Origin: a virus
IMG/VR virus record: IMGVR_UViG_3300042731_005759
Span: 32,001-96,000 of that record
Length of the DNA stretch: 64,000 nt
Strand: one strand, 5' to 3'
The notes below the pieces were generated by a model. It had not been told where the DNA came from. It was given only the letters and a program-made list of their open reading frames with translations, and ran no database searches. The translations under genes and the position numbers were made by a program. Below, piece by piece: positions 37,101-46,942 of this stretch. Position 1 is the first letter of the stretch, and every line of letters begins with the position of its first letter.

Positions 37101-39693
37101 TAATGTAAATTACTATACGTCTTTTGTGGATAATAGTAGATTCACTTTCGCGGATAAGAGATTCACTCTCTTACCTTCTCATGGTGGTTCAGATCCAAGA
37201 ACAACGTATTTAACATTTAATGATTCGGAACAATTTAATTTTAGATCCTATTGGGAAAACGATCAAACAGAATTTGTAGTAACAGGTAAAACAAGACCCA
37301 CATACAATCAATACTTCGAAGAGATGGGTTCTAATAATAAAAAAGTAATTGATTTAATTGCAACATTCAATCCACTTATATTAGACGAGTTTGAGGACAT
37401 ATTTTTAAACTTTGCAAGTCAAAGAGTAAGTTCATATGAGAACTATAAACAATACCCAAATTTAGTATATGATAATTTCCAAGATTTACTAAAAGAATTG
37501 GTAAGTGTTGAGAAGAAAGATACTGATGATCTAAGTAGTGATAAGATTAGTTCATTAATAAGTAAACTCAAAACAAGACAAACAGAAAAATTCAAAAGAA
37601 TTACAACTGACATCTTAAACAGTAGAAACTTATTAAAGGTAACAATTTCAAACCCGAGAGAATTAGATCCTAATATAACATTTGGATATGTGGGTGATAC
37701 AGATAGATTTGTATATGGAACATATGATGCATCCCAACTAACAAATAATTCGAAATTTATTGAGTTATATGTGGGTGAAGATATCGATAACTATTATAGT
37801 GAGTTCTTCAGTGTAAGTAATATCGAATTATCAGAATCAAATGTTATACAATTTAGACCACTAATATTAATATATGGTGGTTACAGAAAATCAGGTGGAT
37901 CCGCGAATAGAAACGATTTCGCAACATACGTTGCAACAAATATCAACGGACCAAGTCAAAGTAGACAAGCACACTTCCTAAGAATATTAATAAGAAGATT
38001 CCCCACACTCAAAAGAGTCAAAGACCAAAACAATAATTTAAGAGTTAAGGGTGGTTTCAATGATGACCCACTAAAATTAGAGACATACAATAACCTCAAA
38101 ATGTTTAACGATAGATGGACTTCAGGTAATTCTATTGGACAAAGATTATTATTAGAGGAGTTTTTATTTTTAGATAAGGCGAATAGAGATATTGGAGATG
38201 TATTCTTCATGGATCTGAAAAGACTAATTGGATTAGGAGATTATAAAAATCAATCACTCGAACTATACGGTGTGATATCTCTACTACTTGCAAGGACAAA
38301 CGTCGATTTAAGGGCGTTACCCGCGTATGTGAATTTTTATGGTAATGATTCTACAAGTACTAAAGTAAAACCATCAAACACAATCGCAGATACTCTTTTT
38401 GGTAAGTTCTTGGATGTTGATTTAGAATACTCTACACCAAAAATGTTACTTCAATATATTGGACATACATCCAAACATCTAAACTTAAGTTCGATAGAAA
38501 AAGAATATAAGTACCTAAACGATGGGTTTAATATGGATGATGTGGTATCTAATCCTTTATTAGTTACAAACCCAAGATATTTTGAAACGGAGAACTTATC
38601 TAAGTCTAATAAGGTCGTTGCCTTTGAGGTAAGTTTCGGTGATCAAAACCAAGCAATTTTTAAAGGTATCGGTTTAGATCAAAGTCAATTTAGAAATACA
38701 TTCGAAAGTAACTTAGCGATAGAAAGATTAGCAAGATCAGAAGCGGGTTCAGGAGCATCACAGGTTGATGTTGGGTTATATGACATTTATAGGGCAAGAT
38801 CATATACCTGTGAAGTACAGGCGATGGGTAACGTAATGATCCAACCAACAATGTACTTCCAACTTAAGAATGTACCAATGTTTGAGGGTGCATATTGGAT
38901 TATGGAAGTGAGCCACAATATTCAAAATAATCAAGTAATGACGAGTTTTCGTGGTGTTAGAATACCAAAAGACTCTTTACCTGACCCTAAAGAATCCTTT
39001 ACTGCAACCTATAGAGTGTTGTTTGATAAAATCATGAACGCGGCTACTGCAAGAAACAGTGGTGTGGGTACAACAACAACAGAAGAAATTGTAAGGGGTG
39101 GGTTTATAACCGATAGAGGACCTGAGGAATACAAAATACCTGGTGAAGAATTAATTGATGAGGTGGGTGTTACTGAACAAGGTTTACCATATAATGGACA
39201 CAATGGTGTGATTGGTGTACAAAAAGTGAAATATCAAGGTCAAATATGGTATAGATCAAGAGTCATTAAGATGGGTGGTAACATCGCACCGTTATCTGAC
39301 GACATAGTAATGTCTCTACCAACGAAGTTGAGTGACAGTATAAGTGTTAAACCAAACCAATTAAAATGGGGAGAAATAAAAAATAGTAACAAATATTTCT
39401 ATTCCACACCAATAGACTTTAGTGTGGTAAAAACCACAGACTATTTGATGACAAATTCGAACACACAATTCTTTAATCCATTAAAGAAACTAAATAAGAC
39501 AGTGACGGCGGATTCACAATTAAATAGTGATAATGGAGCAAGATATGTAAACGGTCCTGTAGATTCGGGTGAAAGAGTAATTAAAAGTTCAGAAACAGGT
39601 AATTCAGAATATTTTGGACTTACACTTTCTAAAAACCTCATGAAAGACTTAAAATTAGTCGATGGTGACGTTGTATATTTTAGAATTCAGTAA
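34087..39693 (+). CDS. Large baseplate hub protein (gp27/VgrG-like with large insertions)
   Basis: N-terminal P.V.I.FIDVRG; C-terminal CEVQAMGN..IQP..YF.L..VP.F.G.Y.I.EVSH.I...TSF.G.R hub signature. Confidence 0.65.
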   Translation: MANNDLSKNENILVKVDQNNLIYIDPNSILEDGVVQPRATNAENLVSYVNLEADLIPRTILNSSGNKSSLTSIAKGTINLLQNKKGEYLDTGWTELFNPSRMDPNTEDINVKEQVTDSSGQSFGMSSVSIEVKGTNFIPRVSIEFIDVRGKGLFEHNKNSPYQAFFHLPWPIFYLTVKGYYGKAIRYRLHLTDFNARYDDQNGNFVISTTFVGSTYAYLNDIPLTGILNAPYMYGIEKTEQNGLNEKTGEYQIKLAKTSKGYLTLKSIYQELRRKNLIDFPPDVNPTLRELIVIAKRLDQLLENEIFAEVVDMRVFAAIKEFEDNINNLYNSVKSWKGRYLAGDYFEITGNTNNVEETTRYYYLIKTEDNKLENTKGTKSGTLEQIIKVGIEKINKGQSFTREMLRKDVTFKRSTLTINTNNPIQDLDSYIDQFGGKYGISINKLLTDILNINKSFLEEKKKFQDKVEEEMNKIISDPSRGIGFKPTIRNIFAVILANADVYIRLMRDVHYQAYNQREERKKRLRGFNSSETPQEDAIYPWPEVKKETDGNSKVLAYPGEEELIGKLGSDDYSLWPEVGFVEEYIRTSMKINDTLAEKEKTFDNVTFTFADTNADEKITNKISTAGTIFKTPPYIDKNLPSILYEVYERSQFFTLYDTFSTDVLTELAILEFNNLQNSIEEDFFIVDILKDRVNSNSKLLEYLESFSPFERYPYYKDRLPTTPYIKDIDAVPFKIESNVGDTERVQTSGLYPKLVGELKTYRSEDYRTKIYPFNSDTYLGYINKTELTKNDLSLDDYLSIDTTNGFIVTPMDSTNWVNSGYTTNLFSRKFDIDGTNKINILNTPYFHKLLNEEFQNDRSKGKYKGSAYLLLNSLPFHDLHDTLNEGGVRMSNLFREVSATHYVPYHLILKWGSMYHRYKTFISDGTDIINGMETSINGSTYFDNGQGQTFSGITHSSQTHVGVHPLYEQYFHQIVNDYTHFDGTPTSYESAITNLVLYRDDITSGNVNYYTSFVDNSRFTFADKRFTLLPSHGGSDPRTTYLTFNDSEQFNFRSYWENDQTEFVVTGKTRPTYNQYFEEMGSNNKKVIDLIATFNPLILDEFEDIFLNFASQRVSSYENYKQYPNLVYDNFQDLLKELVSVEKKDTDDLSSDKISSLISKLKTRQTEKFKRITTDILNSRNLLKVTISNPRELDPNITFGYVGDTDRFVYGTYDASQLTNNSKFIELYVGEDIDNYYSEFFSVSNIELSESNVIQFRPLILIYGGYRKSGGSANRNDFATYVATNINGPSQSRQAHFLRILIRRFPTLKRVKDQNNNLRVKGGFNDDPLKLETYNNLKMFNDRWTSGNSIGQRLLLEEFLFLDKANRDIGDVFFMDLKRLIGLGDYKNQSLELYGVISLLLARTNVDLRALPAYVNFYGNDSTSTKVKPSNTIADTLFGKFLDVDLEYSTPKMLLQYIGHTSKHLNLSSIEKEYKYLNDGFNMDDVVSNPLLVTNPRYFETENLSKSNKVVAFEVSFGDQNQAIFKGIGLDQSQFRNTFESNLAIERLARSEAGSGASQVDVGLYDIYRARSYTCEVQAMGNVMIQPTMYFQLKNVPMFEGAYWIMEVSHNIQNNQVMTSFRGVRIPKDSLPDPKESFTATYRVLFDKIMNAATARNSGVGTTTTEEIVRGGFITDRGPEEYKIPGEELIDEVGVTEQGLPYNGHNGVIGVQKVKYQGQIWYRSRVIKMGGNIAPLSDDIVMSLPTKLSDSISVKPNQLKWGEIKNSNKYFYSTPIDFSVVKTTDYLMTNSNTQFFNPLKKLNKTVTADSQLNSDNGARYVNGPVDSGERVIKSSETGNSEYFGLTLSKNLMKDLKLVDGDVVYFRIQ

Positions 39694-39743
39694 TTCTATG
39701 GATAATTACCGATTTAGTGATATTTATAGTAAAAAGAACAATT

Positions 39744-39947
39744 ATGGATAATTTAAAAATAGGTTCAACACTTGATAATTTCTTAGGAAACAAGTCAGTA
39801 AAAAATTTAAATGAGGACGGTACAGAACAAGAAGTTTGTGACATGAATACTGGTGAATGTTACGTAATTCGTTCAAAAGATGGTATCGTAGAGAGAATTA
39901 ATAAAAGATATATTACCGAAGACGGTAGACAATTATTACAGGATTAA
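39744..39947 (+). CDS. Small hypothetical protein (start revised to ATG 39744)
   Basis: ATG lies 16 nt after TATTTAT (39721-39727); CDMNTGEC motif. Confidence 0.7.
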   Translation: MDNLKIGSTLDNFLGNKSVKNLNEDGTEQEVCDMNTGECYVIRSKDGIVERINKRYITEDGRQLLQD

Positions 39948-39948
39948 G

Positions 39949-40614
39949 ATGAGTTTAGAAAATAAGTTACACGAGGAGTTAGAAAGATATAGAAGTATCA
40001 ATAACTACCAAAAAAGTTTGATCTCTGAACAAGAGGAGGTCTCACCTGAAGATTTACCTACTGGTGACGCACCTGAAGGGGACGCACCCGTTGACGACAT
40101 TCCTGCTGGAGACGCACCTGTTGATGATATTCCTGCGGGAGACGCACCAATTGATGATGCACCTATAGATGACGCACCTGATGCGGATGTTGAGGAAATC
40201 GATATTACTGATTTAGTCAATATGACTCAGAACATCAAAAATGATTTAGATGCTAGTAAATCAAATAATGATGAGGTAATTGGTAAAATGGGTGATTTGT
40301 TTTCAAAATTAGACGACTTAGAAAGTAAACTTTCACAAATGGATAATGTGATCGCAAAGATTGACGGACTCGAGAATAAAGTGGAGACAATGAAAGAACC
40401 AACTCCACAAGAGAGATTAGAGATGAGATCTTTAGATTCATATCCATTTAATCAAAAACCTTCAGAGTTCTTCTCTCAAAAAGAACTTGACATGAAAGCG
40501 AGTGGTAAAAATGAATACGTTATCACAAAACAAGATGTCGAAGATTATAACGACAAAGAGATGAGAGACTCGTTCGTAATGGATAACGACGGAGACAATG
40601 AGGTTGAATGGTAG
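39949..40614 (+). CDS. Acidic coiled-coil protein, possible prohead core or scaffold component
   Basis: LHEELERY..I...LISEQ start, GDAP(V/I)DD repeats, heptad region. Confidence 0.55.
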   Translation: MSLENKLHEELERYRSINNYQKSLISEQEEVSPEDLPTGDAPEGDAPVDDIPAGDAPVDDIPAGDAPIDDAPIDDAPDADVEEIDITDLVNMTQNIKNDLDASKSNNDEVIGKMGDLFSKLDDLESKLSQMDNVIAKIDGLENKVETMKEPTPQERLEMRSLDSYPFNQKPSEFFSQKELDMKASGKNEYVITKQDVEDYNDKEMRDSFVMDNDGDNEVEW

Positions 40615-40963
40615 TATTAAGTTCTTTCTTGAACTACAATCACAACTAAAAGTTCTACACTGGCAGACTAAAAGTCATGCAAAACACTTAGCGTTCGGAG
40701 AAACATATGATAAACTCGATGAAATTATCGACTTGTATGTTGAAGTCGCAATCGGAAAATACGGTAGATTCACATTAACAGATGATGACCGAGTTTTAAA
40801 CATTAACAATTTATCTGACATTGATCTAATCTCTATGATTAGTGTTGCGTCTGAGGTTATATCAACTATGGAAATAGACGAAAAAGATACTGACCTTTTA
40901 AACCTCAGAGATGAAATCCTAACTCAAGTCAGTAAACTATCTTACCTACTAACTTTAAGGTAA
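40598..40963 (+). CDS. Ferritin/Dps-like four-helix protein (DUF5856-like)
   Basis: HWQT.S.A.H.A...YD.L...D..VE...G and C-terminal DE...K..YLLTL. Confidence 0.65.
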   Translation: MRLNGSIKFFLELQSQLKVLHWQTKSHAKHLAFGETYDKLDEIIDLYVEVAIGKYGRFTLTDDDRVLNINNLSDIDLISMISVASEVISTMEIDEKDTDLLNLRDEILTQVSKLSYLLTLR

Positions 40964-40991
40964 TTTTTTCCCAAAATATGTAAAATTTGTT

Positions 40992-41022
40992 GTCTGAGGG
41001 GGTTGACTTTCGGACTTTTTTT
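40992..41022 (+). terminator. Intrinsic terminator overlapping the -35 box of the ssb promoter
   Basis: GUCUGAGGG-GGUUGA-CUUUCGGAC followed by U7. Confidence 0.6.
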
Positions 41023-41031
41023 GTGTACCAT
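41003..41031 (+). promoter_or_regulatory. Putative host-sigma promoter of the replication block
   Basis: TTGACT-N17-TACCAT. Confidence 0.6.
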
Positions 41032-41062
41032 TTTACTACACAATAAAATAAATTTTAAAATT

Positions 41063-41926
41063 ATGACAAATTCAATTGACGCGATTCTTTCTCAGTATGA
41101 GAAAAACACGCAAAGAGCCACAAGTGGCAACCAACTGTCGAATGAAGATCGACTCAAAAAATACTTCACAACTATTTTACCTAAAGGAACTCCGAGTGGA
41201 CAAAAGAGAATTAGAATTCTCCCAACAACAGACGGAACAAGTCCTTTTAAAGAAGTTTCATTCCACGAAATCCAAGTAGATGGTAAATGGATGAAATTAT
41301 ATGACCCTTCACAAGATGGTGACCCTTCACCACTCAATGAAGTACAGAAAGCACTTCTTGCAACAGGTTCTGAAGCAGACAAGGTTAATGCAAGAAACTA
41401 CAGAGCAAGAAAATTCTATATTGTAAAAGTTATCGATAGAGATAACGAACAAGATGGTCCAAAATTTTGGAGATTTAAACACAATTACAAAGGAGAGGGA
41501 CCGCTAGATAAAATTATTCCTATCATTAGAAGTAAAGGTAATATTACAGATGTTACTGAAGGTAGAGATTTAATCCTTTCATTGACACTTACTAAAGCAC
41601 CAAATGGTAGAGAGTATACTACAATCAATTCTATTATTCAAGAAGATAAATCACCTCTTCACAACGATTCAGAAGTTTCAAATGAGTGGACGAATCACGC
41701 AGACACATGGAGAGATGTTTATTCAGTTAAACCTCTTGAATATTTAGAGATGGTAGCGTTGGGTGAAGTTCCAAGATGGGACTCTGAACAAAAGAAATAT
41801 GTTTCACAATCTGAATCTGAAAGTGATTTCGGAGGTGCCAATGTTACCGCACCTGTTGAACAGTCAACAACAACGACTGAAGATCCACAACAGAATCAAG
41901 AAACATCTGACGAACTACCGTTTTAA
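41063..41926 (+). CDS. Single-stranded DNA-binding protein (T4 gp32-like); start revised to ATG 41063
   Basis: RIRILP, F-H, R.FY.V.VIDRD..GPK.W.F, D...GRDL.L; acidic tail ending DELPF. Confidence 0.8.
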   Translation: MTNSIDAILSQYEKNTQRATSGNQLSNEDRLKKYFTTILPKGTPSGQKRIRILPTTDGTSPFKEVSFHEIQVDGKWMKLYDPSQDGDPSPLNEVQKALLATGSEADKVNARNYRARKFYIVKVIDRDNEQDGPKFWRFKHNYKGEGPLDKIIPIIRSKGNITDVTEGRDLILSLTLTKAPNGREYTTINSIIQEDKSPLHNDSEVSNEWTNHADTWRDVYSVKPLEYLEMVALGEVPRWDSEQKKYVSQSESESDFGGANVTAPVEQSTTTTEDPQQNQETSDELPF

Positions 41927-41936
41927 AGTAGACCTT

Positions 41937-42026
41937 GGGTCCCCCTACCTCGCGGTATTGGTGGAGCTGTAACCGACATACTTTGACCCTATTGTCGGCC
42001 CTATGAGGAACGGGGGACCCTTTTTT
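41937..42026 (+). ncRNA. GC-rich structured element between ssb and recA
   Basis: GGGTCCCCC/GGGGGACCC outer stem, CCTCG/TGAGG and CCGACA/TGTCGG inner stems, then T6. Confidence 0.5.
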
Positions 42027-42037
42027 AAAAATATAAT

Positions 42038-43033
42038 ATGGCAATAAAGAAAAAAGATTTTAAAAGTATTAAGTCGAAGTTTTCGAAACAGGCAAAGTTT
42101 AAGTCTGATAAGTTCCTCGACTTAGGAGATTCTTTCTTAGACGCTACAGGTCTACCAGGTCCCGCAATGGGACATATCAATATGTTCTTAGGACATTCTG
42201 ATACGGGTAAGACAACTGCACTTGTAAAAACTGCGGTAGATGCACAAAAGAAAGGAATATTACCTGTCTTTATTATCACAGAACAAAAATGGGATTTCCC
42301 TCATGCAAAATTGATGGGGTTAGAAATCGAGGAAGTGGTAGATGAAGAAACAGGTGAGATTGAATACGACGGATTTTTCTTATTCAACAACCAATTTCAA
42401 TATATAGAACAAATTACAGATTATATCAATGAACTATTGGATGCACAACAAAAAGGTGAGATCGAATATGATTTACTTTTCTTGTGGGATTCAGTAGGTT
42501 CAGTACCGTGTAAAATGACCTTCGATGGTAAAGGTGGTAAACAACACAACGCATCTGTATTATCTGATAAGATTGGTATGGGTTTGAATCAGAGAATTTC
42601 AGGTTCAAGAAGAGTAGATTCTACATATACTAACACTTTAGTTATTGTGAATCAACCATGGGTAGAATTACCAGACAATCCATTTAGTCAACCAAAAATT
42701 AAGGCGAAAGGTGGTGAGTCGATATGGTTAAATTCGACCTTGGTATTCAGATTTGGAAATCAGAAAAATGCGGGAACCAATCCTATCTCAGCGGTTAAAG
42801 ACAAGAGAAAGGTGAAGTTCGCGACAAGAACAAAGATTTCTATTATGAAAAACCACGTAAATGGTTTGGGTTATGAAGATGGAAAGATCATCGTAACCGC
42901 ACACGGTTTTTTGAGTGGTAAAGATGCTGTGGAGGAGAAAAAGTCTTTAGAGGCGTACAAATCCGAACACGCAGAGTATTGGAAGAGACAGTTAGGTATA
43001 GACGGAGACTTTGATATCAGAGAGGAAGAGTAA
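42038..43033 (+). CDS. recA: RecA/UvsX-like recombinase
   Basis: Walker A GHSDTGKTT, TE, WDSVGS, VNQ, KGG motifs. Confidence 0.85.
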   Translation: MAIKKKDFKSIKSKFSKQAKFKSDKFLDLGDSFLDATGLPGPAMGHINMFLGHSDTGKTTALVKTAVDAQKKGILPVFIITEQKWDFPHAKLMGLEIEEVVDEETGEIEYDGFFLFNNQFQYIEQITDYINELLDAQQKGEIEYDLLFLWDSVGSVPCKMTFDGKGGKQHNASVLSDKIGMGLNQRISGSRRVDSTYTNTLVIVNQPWVELPDNPFSQPKIKAKGGESIWLNSTLVFRFGNQKNAGTNPISAVKDKRKVKFATRTKISIMKNHVNGLGYEDGKIIVTAHGFLSGKDAVEEKKSLEAYKSEHAEYWKRQLGIDGDFDIREEE

Positions 43034-43068
43034 TACCAACGATTTGTTTAACCTTTAAAAAGGTATAA

Positions 43069-44082
43069 ATGTCAGTTTTATTAGTAGACGGAGATAACTT
43101 ATTAACTATTGGATTTTTTGGAGTAAAAAATTACTTCTACAAAGGAGAACACATAGGAGGTATTTATCATTTTTTAAACACATTAAGAAGGTCTTTTGAA
43201 AATTATCGTTTAGATAAAATTGTTGTTTTTTGGGATGGTGAAAATGGTTCACAAACTCGAAGAAAGATATACCACAAATACAAGGAAAACAGACGAGAAA
43301 GAGTTCGATCTGACAAAGAAAAAGAATCTTATAGTAGACAACGAAGAAGAGTTCAACAATACTTAGAAGAGTTGTACGTTAGACAAGGTGAGTTCGAATT
43401 CTGTGAAACAGATGACTGTATCGCATACTACTCACAAAACACAAATGAAAATTGTATTGTCTATTCCTCTGATGGGGATTTAGCACAATTAGTTTCGGAC
43501 AATGTGAAGGTGTATAACCCCTCTCACAGAAAACTTTACGAACAAAATGATATAATACCTTACGATAAGGAAGATATCCACATACAGAACGTTAAAATCG
43601 TTAAGATGATGTGTGGAGATCGGTCTGATAATATCGCGGGCATTAGAAACATGGGAATCAAAAAGTTTTTGTCCTTGTTTCCTGAAATAAAAGAGAGACC
43701 AATCACAGTACAAGAAGTGGTTGACAAATCAAATTCTCTCTTTGAAGAGGATAAAAATAACACCACATTAAAAAATCTTCTTACGGGTGTCACAAAGTAC
43801 GGAGTTTTTGGAGAAGAGTTCTTCTCTCTAAATGAAAGTATTGTGAGTTTAGATGAACCTTTCCTAACAGACGAGGCAAGGGAAACTATAACAGCACTTA
43901 TAAATGAAGATTTGGATCCCGAGGGAAGATCCTATAAAAACACAATGAAGATGATGATGGAGGATGGAATATTTACGGTTCTCCCTAAATCAGACGATGC
44001 GTGGATAAAATTCCTCAACCCTTTCCTTAGATTAACTCGAAAGGAAAAAAATAAACGTGTTATAAAAATAAAAAAACAATGA
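43069..44082 (+). CDS. 5'-3' exonuclease / flap endonuclease (T4 RNase H / PolI N-terminal-like)
   Basis: LLVDGDNL, FWDG, R...Y..YK.NR, ETDD.IA, SSDGDL.QL, GDRSDNI.GI..MG.K. Confidence 0.92.
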   Translation: MSVLLVDGDNLLTIGFFGVKNYFYKGEHIGGIYHFLNTLRRSFENYRLDKIVVFWDGENGSQTRRKIYHKYKENRRERVRSDKEKESYSRQRRRVQQYLEELYVRQGEFEFCETDDCIAYYSQNTNENCIVYSSDGDLAQLVSDNVKVYNPSHRKLYEQNDIIPYDKEDIHIQNVKIVKMMCGDRSDNIAGIRNMGIKKFLSLFPEIKERPITVQEVVDKSNSLFEEDKNNTTLKNLLTGVTKYGVFGEEFFSLNESIVSLDEPFLTDEARETITALINEDLDPEGRSYKNTMKMMMEDGIFTVLPKSDDAWIKFLNPFLRLTRKEKNKRVIKIKKQ

Positions 44083-44531
44083 GTAGTAACGACACAACTA
44101 AATTAGAATTTCTGTTAACCCTGAAGGGTAACATTATTTGTCAAAGATTCTTCAACGTAAGGAATTACAACCCTCAAGTTAGAAGATCATTAAATCTTCA
44201 CTACGCAGTAAAAAATATTTGTGAAGAAATTAGTCAAGATTTGAAAGAAAAAACTTTGGAATATCTACACGAAAATCCAAATTATTTTCCTGTTTCAGGG
44301 GGTAATGAAGAGGACGGACCAGACCTTTCAGAGTACTTCCAACTAGAGATTAAGCAAAATGATGAAGTATTTATTTCAAGGATATTCTCCGCACATATCT
44401 ATCATCCGAAAGTAAGATATTCAGTGGATATTCGTCCCAAACTTAGAAGGTTCTTAGGGGATCTAAGCGAGACCCTTTCTTCAAACAAAATTATAACAAA
44501 ATATATAAATTACGATTTAACTAAAATTTAG
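44079..44531 (+). CDS. Hypothetical protein in the replication block
   Basis: 150-aa ORF overlapping the upstream gene by 4 nt. Confidence 0.75.
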   Translation: MSSNDTTKLEFLLTLKGNIICQRFFNVRNYNPQVRRSLNLHYAVKNICEEISQDLKEKTLEYLHENPNYFPVSGGNEEDGPDLSEYFQLEIKQNDEVFISRIFSAHIYHPKVRYSVDIRPKLRRFLGDLSETLSSNKIITKYINYDLTKI

Positions 44532-44538
44532 AAGTATT

Positions 44539-45942
44539 ATGAGTGAGATGACTGAAAAAACATTTGAAAACTTAGGAAATGGATTCCAACAAACATTAAT
44601 AAAATCAATCATAGAGGATCCAAAATATGGTGAACAAATCATAGATGTCTTAGAACCAAAATACTTCGAGAATAATTCATTTAGATATATCGTTCAGAAC
44701 ATAAGAGAGTTGAATGAGGTATATAGAAGAATACCCAATTACTCAACTCTAAAACAAAAAATAATGGAGGATACCGCTACAAATCCTATGAGTGGTAAAA
44801 TCCATACCGATACGTTATTTGGTATTGAAGAGTTAGATGAAAAAACTCATGGACCAACTTACGTAAAAGACACGGCACTTAACTTTTGTAGACAACAAAA
44901 CTTAAAAAAAACTCTTAAAAAAGTTCATGGTATCATGGACGATGGTAATTTCCAAGAGTATGATAAGATCACTGACTTAATCAACGAGGCATTACAAGTC
45001 GGTGTTGGTGATGATGACATCTCTGATATTACAGAAAATGTTCTTGAGTCTTTAGAGAAAGATACAAGAACACCCATAGCTACAGGTATAGGTGGTTTAG
45101 ACGATCTATTAAAAGGTGGTTTAGGTCATGGTGAATTAGGGATGGTTATTGCACCAACAGGTACAGGTAAAACGACTATTCTAACTAAGTTCGCGAATAC
45201 GGCGGTTAATCTTGGGTTCAACGTCGTACACATCTTTTTTGAGGATAGAGAATCTGAAATTAGAAAAAAACACTACACTATTTGGACAGGTAAGGATAGC
45301 GATTGGCAAGTTGAGACTCAAGAAAATAAACTTGAAACTGCGAGAGTAGTCGAGGAAAGACAACAAAGAGATGGGTTCGGAAGACTTAAACTCATTAAGA
45401 TGAATAGTGATACAACTACTGTAGGTGATATCAGAAGAAAATTAAGAAAGTTAGAGAGTACGGATTTTAAGATTGACGTGATAATTATAGATTACATCGA
45501 TTGTGTCGGATCTGATAAAGGAGTCTTCGGTGAAGAATGGAAAGGTGAAGGTTCAGTAATTAGATCAGTCGAATCTATGTGTGCGGAAATGAATGTTGCA
45601 ATATGGACTGCAGCACAAGGAAACCGAGGTTCCATATCCGCTGACATTGTAAATGTAGACGATATGGGTGGCTCGATTAAAAAGGCACAATCGGCGCACG
45701 TTATCATCTCAATTGCAAAAAGTTTAGAACAAAAAGAAGGGAAGACCGCCAATGTTACACTTGTGAAATCAAGAATTGGTAGAGACGGTGTTAACTTCCT
45801 GAACTGTAAGTTCGACAACCAATATTTGGATATTGACGTAACAGAACAAGAAACATTGTTAGGTCACCAAATTAGAAAAGAGAACGATGGACTGCAGAGA
45901 GCACAGGAACTCTACAAGAAATCTAAAGGAATTAATAATTAA
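44539..45942 (+). CDS. dnaB: Replicative helicase (DnaB / T4 gp41-like)
   Basis: [30 protein letters not shown]. Confidence 0.9.
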   Translation: MSEMTEKTFENLGNGFQQTLIKSIIEDPKYGEQIIDVLEPKYFENNSFRYIVQNIRELNEVYRRIPNYSTLKQKIMEDTATNPMSGKIHTDTLFGIEELDEKTHGPTYVKDTALNFCRQQNLKKTLKKVHGIMDDGNFQEYDKITDLINEALQVGVGDDDISDITENVLESLEKDTRTPIATGIGGLDDLLKGGLGHGELGMVIAPTGTGKTTILTKFANTAVNLGFNVVHIFFEDRESEIRKKHYTIWTGKDSDWQVETQENKLETARVVEERQQRDGFGRLKLIKMNSDTTTVGDIRRKLRKLESTDFKIDVIIIDYIDCVGSDKGVFGEEWKGEGSVIRSVESMCAEMNVAIWTAAQGNRGSISADIVNVDDMGGSIKKAQSAHVIISIAKSLEQKEGKTANVTLVKSRIGRDGVNFLNCKFDNQYLDIDVTEQETLLGHQIRKENDGLQRAQELYKKSKGINN

Positions 45943-45955
45943 TAAATTTTATACT

Positions 45956-46930
45956 ATGGCAGAAAAAATCTTACAAGAAAACCCAGGACGTTTTGTCCTT
46001 TTTCCAATAGAACATCATGATATTTGGAAATACTATAAACAACAAGAGGCGAGTTTTTGGACCGCAGAGGAGATCGACTTAGCACAGGATGTGAATGATT
46101 GGTCTAACAAACTTAACGACGATGAAAGACACTTCGTAAAACATGTCTTAGCGTTCTTTGCCGCGTCGGATGGGATTGTTAATGAAAACCTTGCGGAAAA
46201 TTTCGTAAATGAAGTTCAATATACAGAAGCGAAGTTCTTTTATGGATTCCAAATTGCAATGGAAAACATTCACTCAGAAACATATTCGTTGTTAATAGAC
46301 ACCTATATCAAAGACACTGATGAACAAAATAAATTATTTAATGCAATTGAAACAATTCCCGCAATCAAAAAGAAGGCGGAATGGGCACTTAAATGGATAG
46401 AGTCAGATTCATTCGCAGAGAGACTTATTGCGTTCGCGGCAGTCGAGGGGATTTTCTTTTCGGGATCATTTTGTTCTATTTTCTGGCTCAAGAAAAGAGG
46501 TTTAATGCCAGGTTTAACTTTTTCTAATGAACTTATATCCAGAGATGAAGGTTTGCACTGTGATTTTGCGTGTCATTTGTACAATGAACACATCTCTAAA
46601 AAACTTACACAAAAGAGAATTAAAGAGATTATTCTTTCCGCTTTAGAGATTGAAAAAGAATTCATTTTAGAGGCACTACCTGTTAGATTGATTGGTATGA
46701 ATTCTGATCTAATGTCTCAGTACCTTGAATTTGTTACTGATAGATTATTAGATTCATTGGGCGTAGCTAAACACTTTAAGTCAGAGAACCCTTTTGATTT
46801 TATGCAGAATATCGCATTACAAGGTAAGACTAACTTCTTTGAGAAGAGAGTTGCCGAGTATCAAAAGGCGGGAGTTAATAACGATACCGAAGAAGATTTA
46901 GATTCTGCGTTCGGTGATATGGATTTTTAA
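45956..46930 (+). CDS. nrdB: Ribonucleotide reductase class Ia beta subunit; start revised to ATG 45956
   Basis: [51 protein letters not shown]. Confidence 0.97.
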   Translation: MAEKILQENPGRFVLFPIEHHDIWKYYKQQEASFWTAEEIDLAQDVNDWSNKLNDDERHFVKHVLAFFAASDGIVNENLAENFVNEVQYTEAKFFYGFQIAMENIHSETYSLLIDTYIKDTDEQNKLFNAIETIPAIKKKAEWALKWIESDSFAERLIAFAAVEGIFFSGSFCSIFWLKKRGLMPGLTFSNELISRDEGLHCDFACHLYNEHISKKLTQKRIKEIILSALEIEKEFILEALPVRLIGMNSDLMSQYLEFVTDRLLDSLGVAKHFKSENPFDFMQNIALQGKTNFFEKRVAEYQKAGVNNDTEEDLDSAFGDMDF

Positions 46931-46942
46931 ATACGAATACAG

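Noticed and set aside
41931-42020. HDV-like ribozyme or tRNA reading of the ssb-recA element (ACCTCGCGGT recalls HDV P3/L3)
   Set aside because: No convincing P1 partner upstream, L3 is too short, and there is no cloverleaf or T-loop. Kept only as an unclassified structure.
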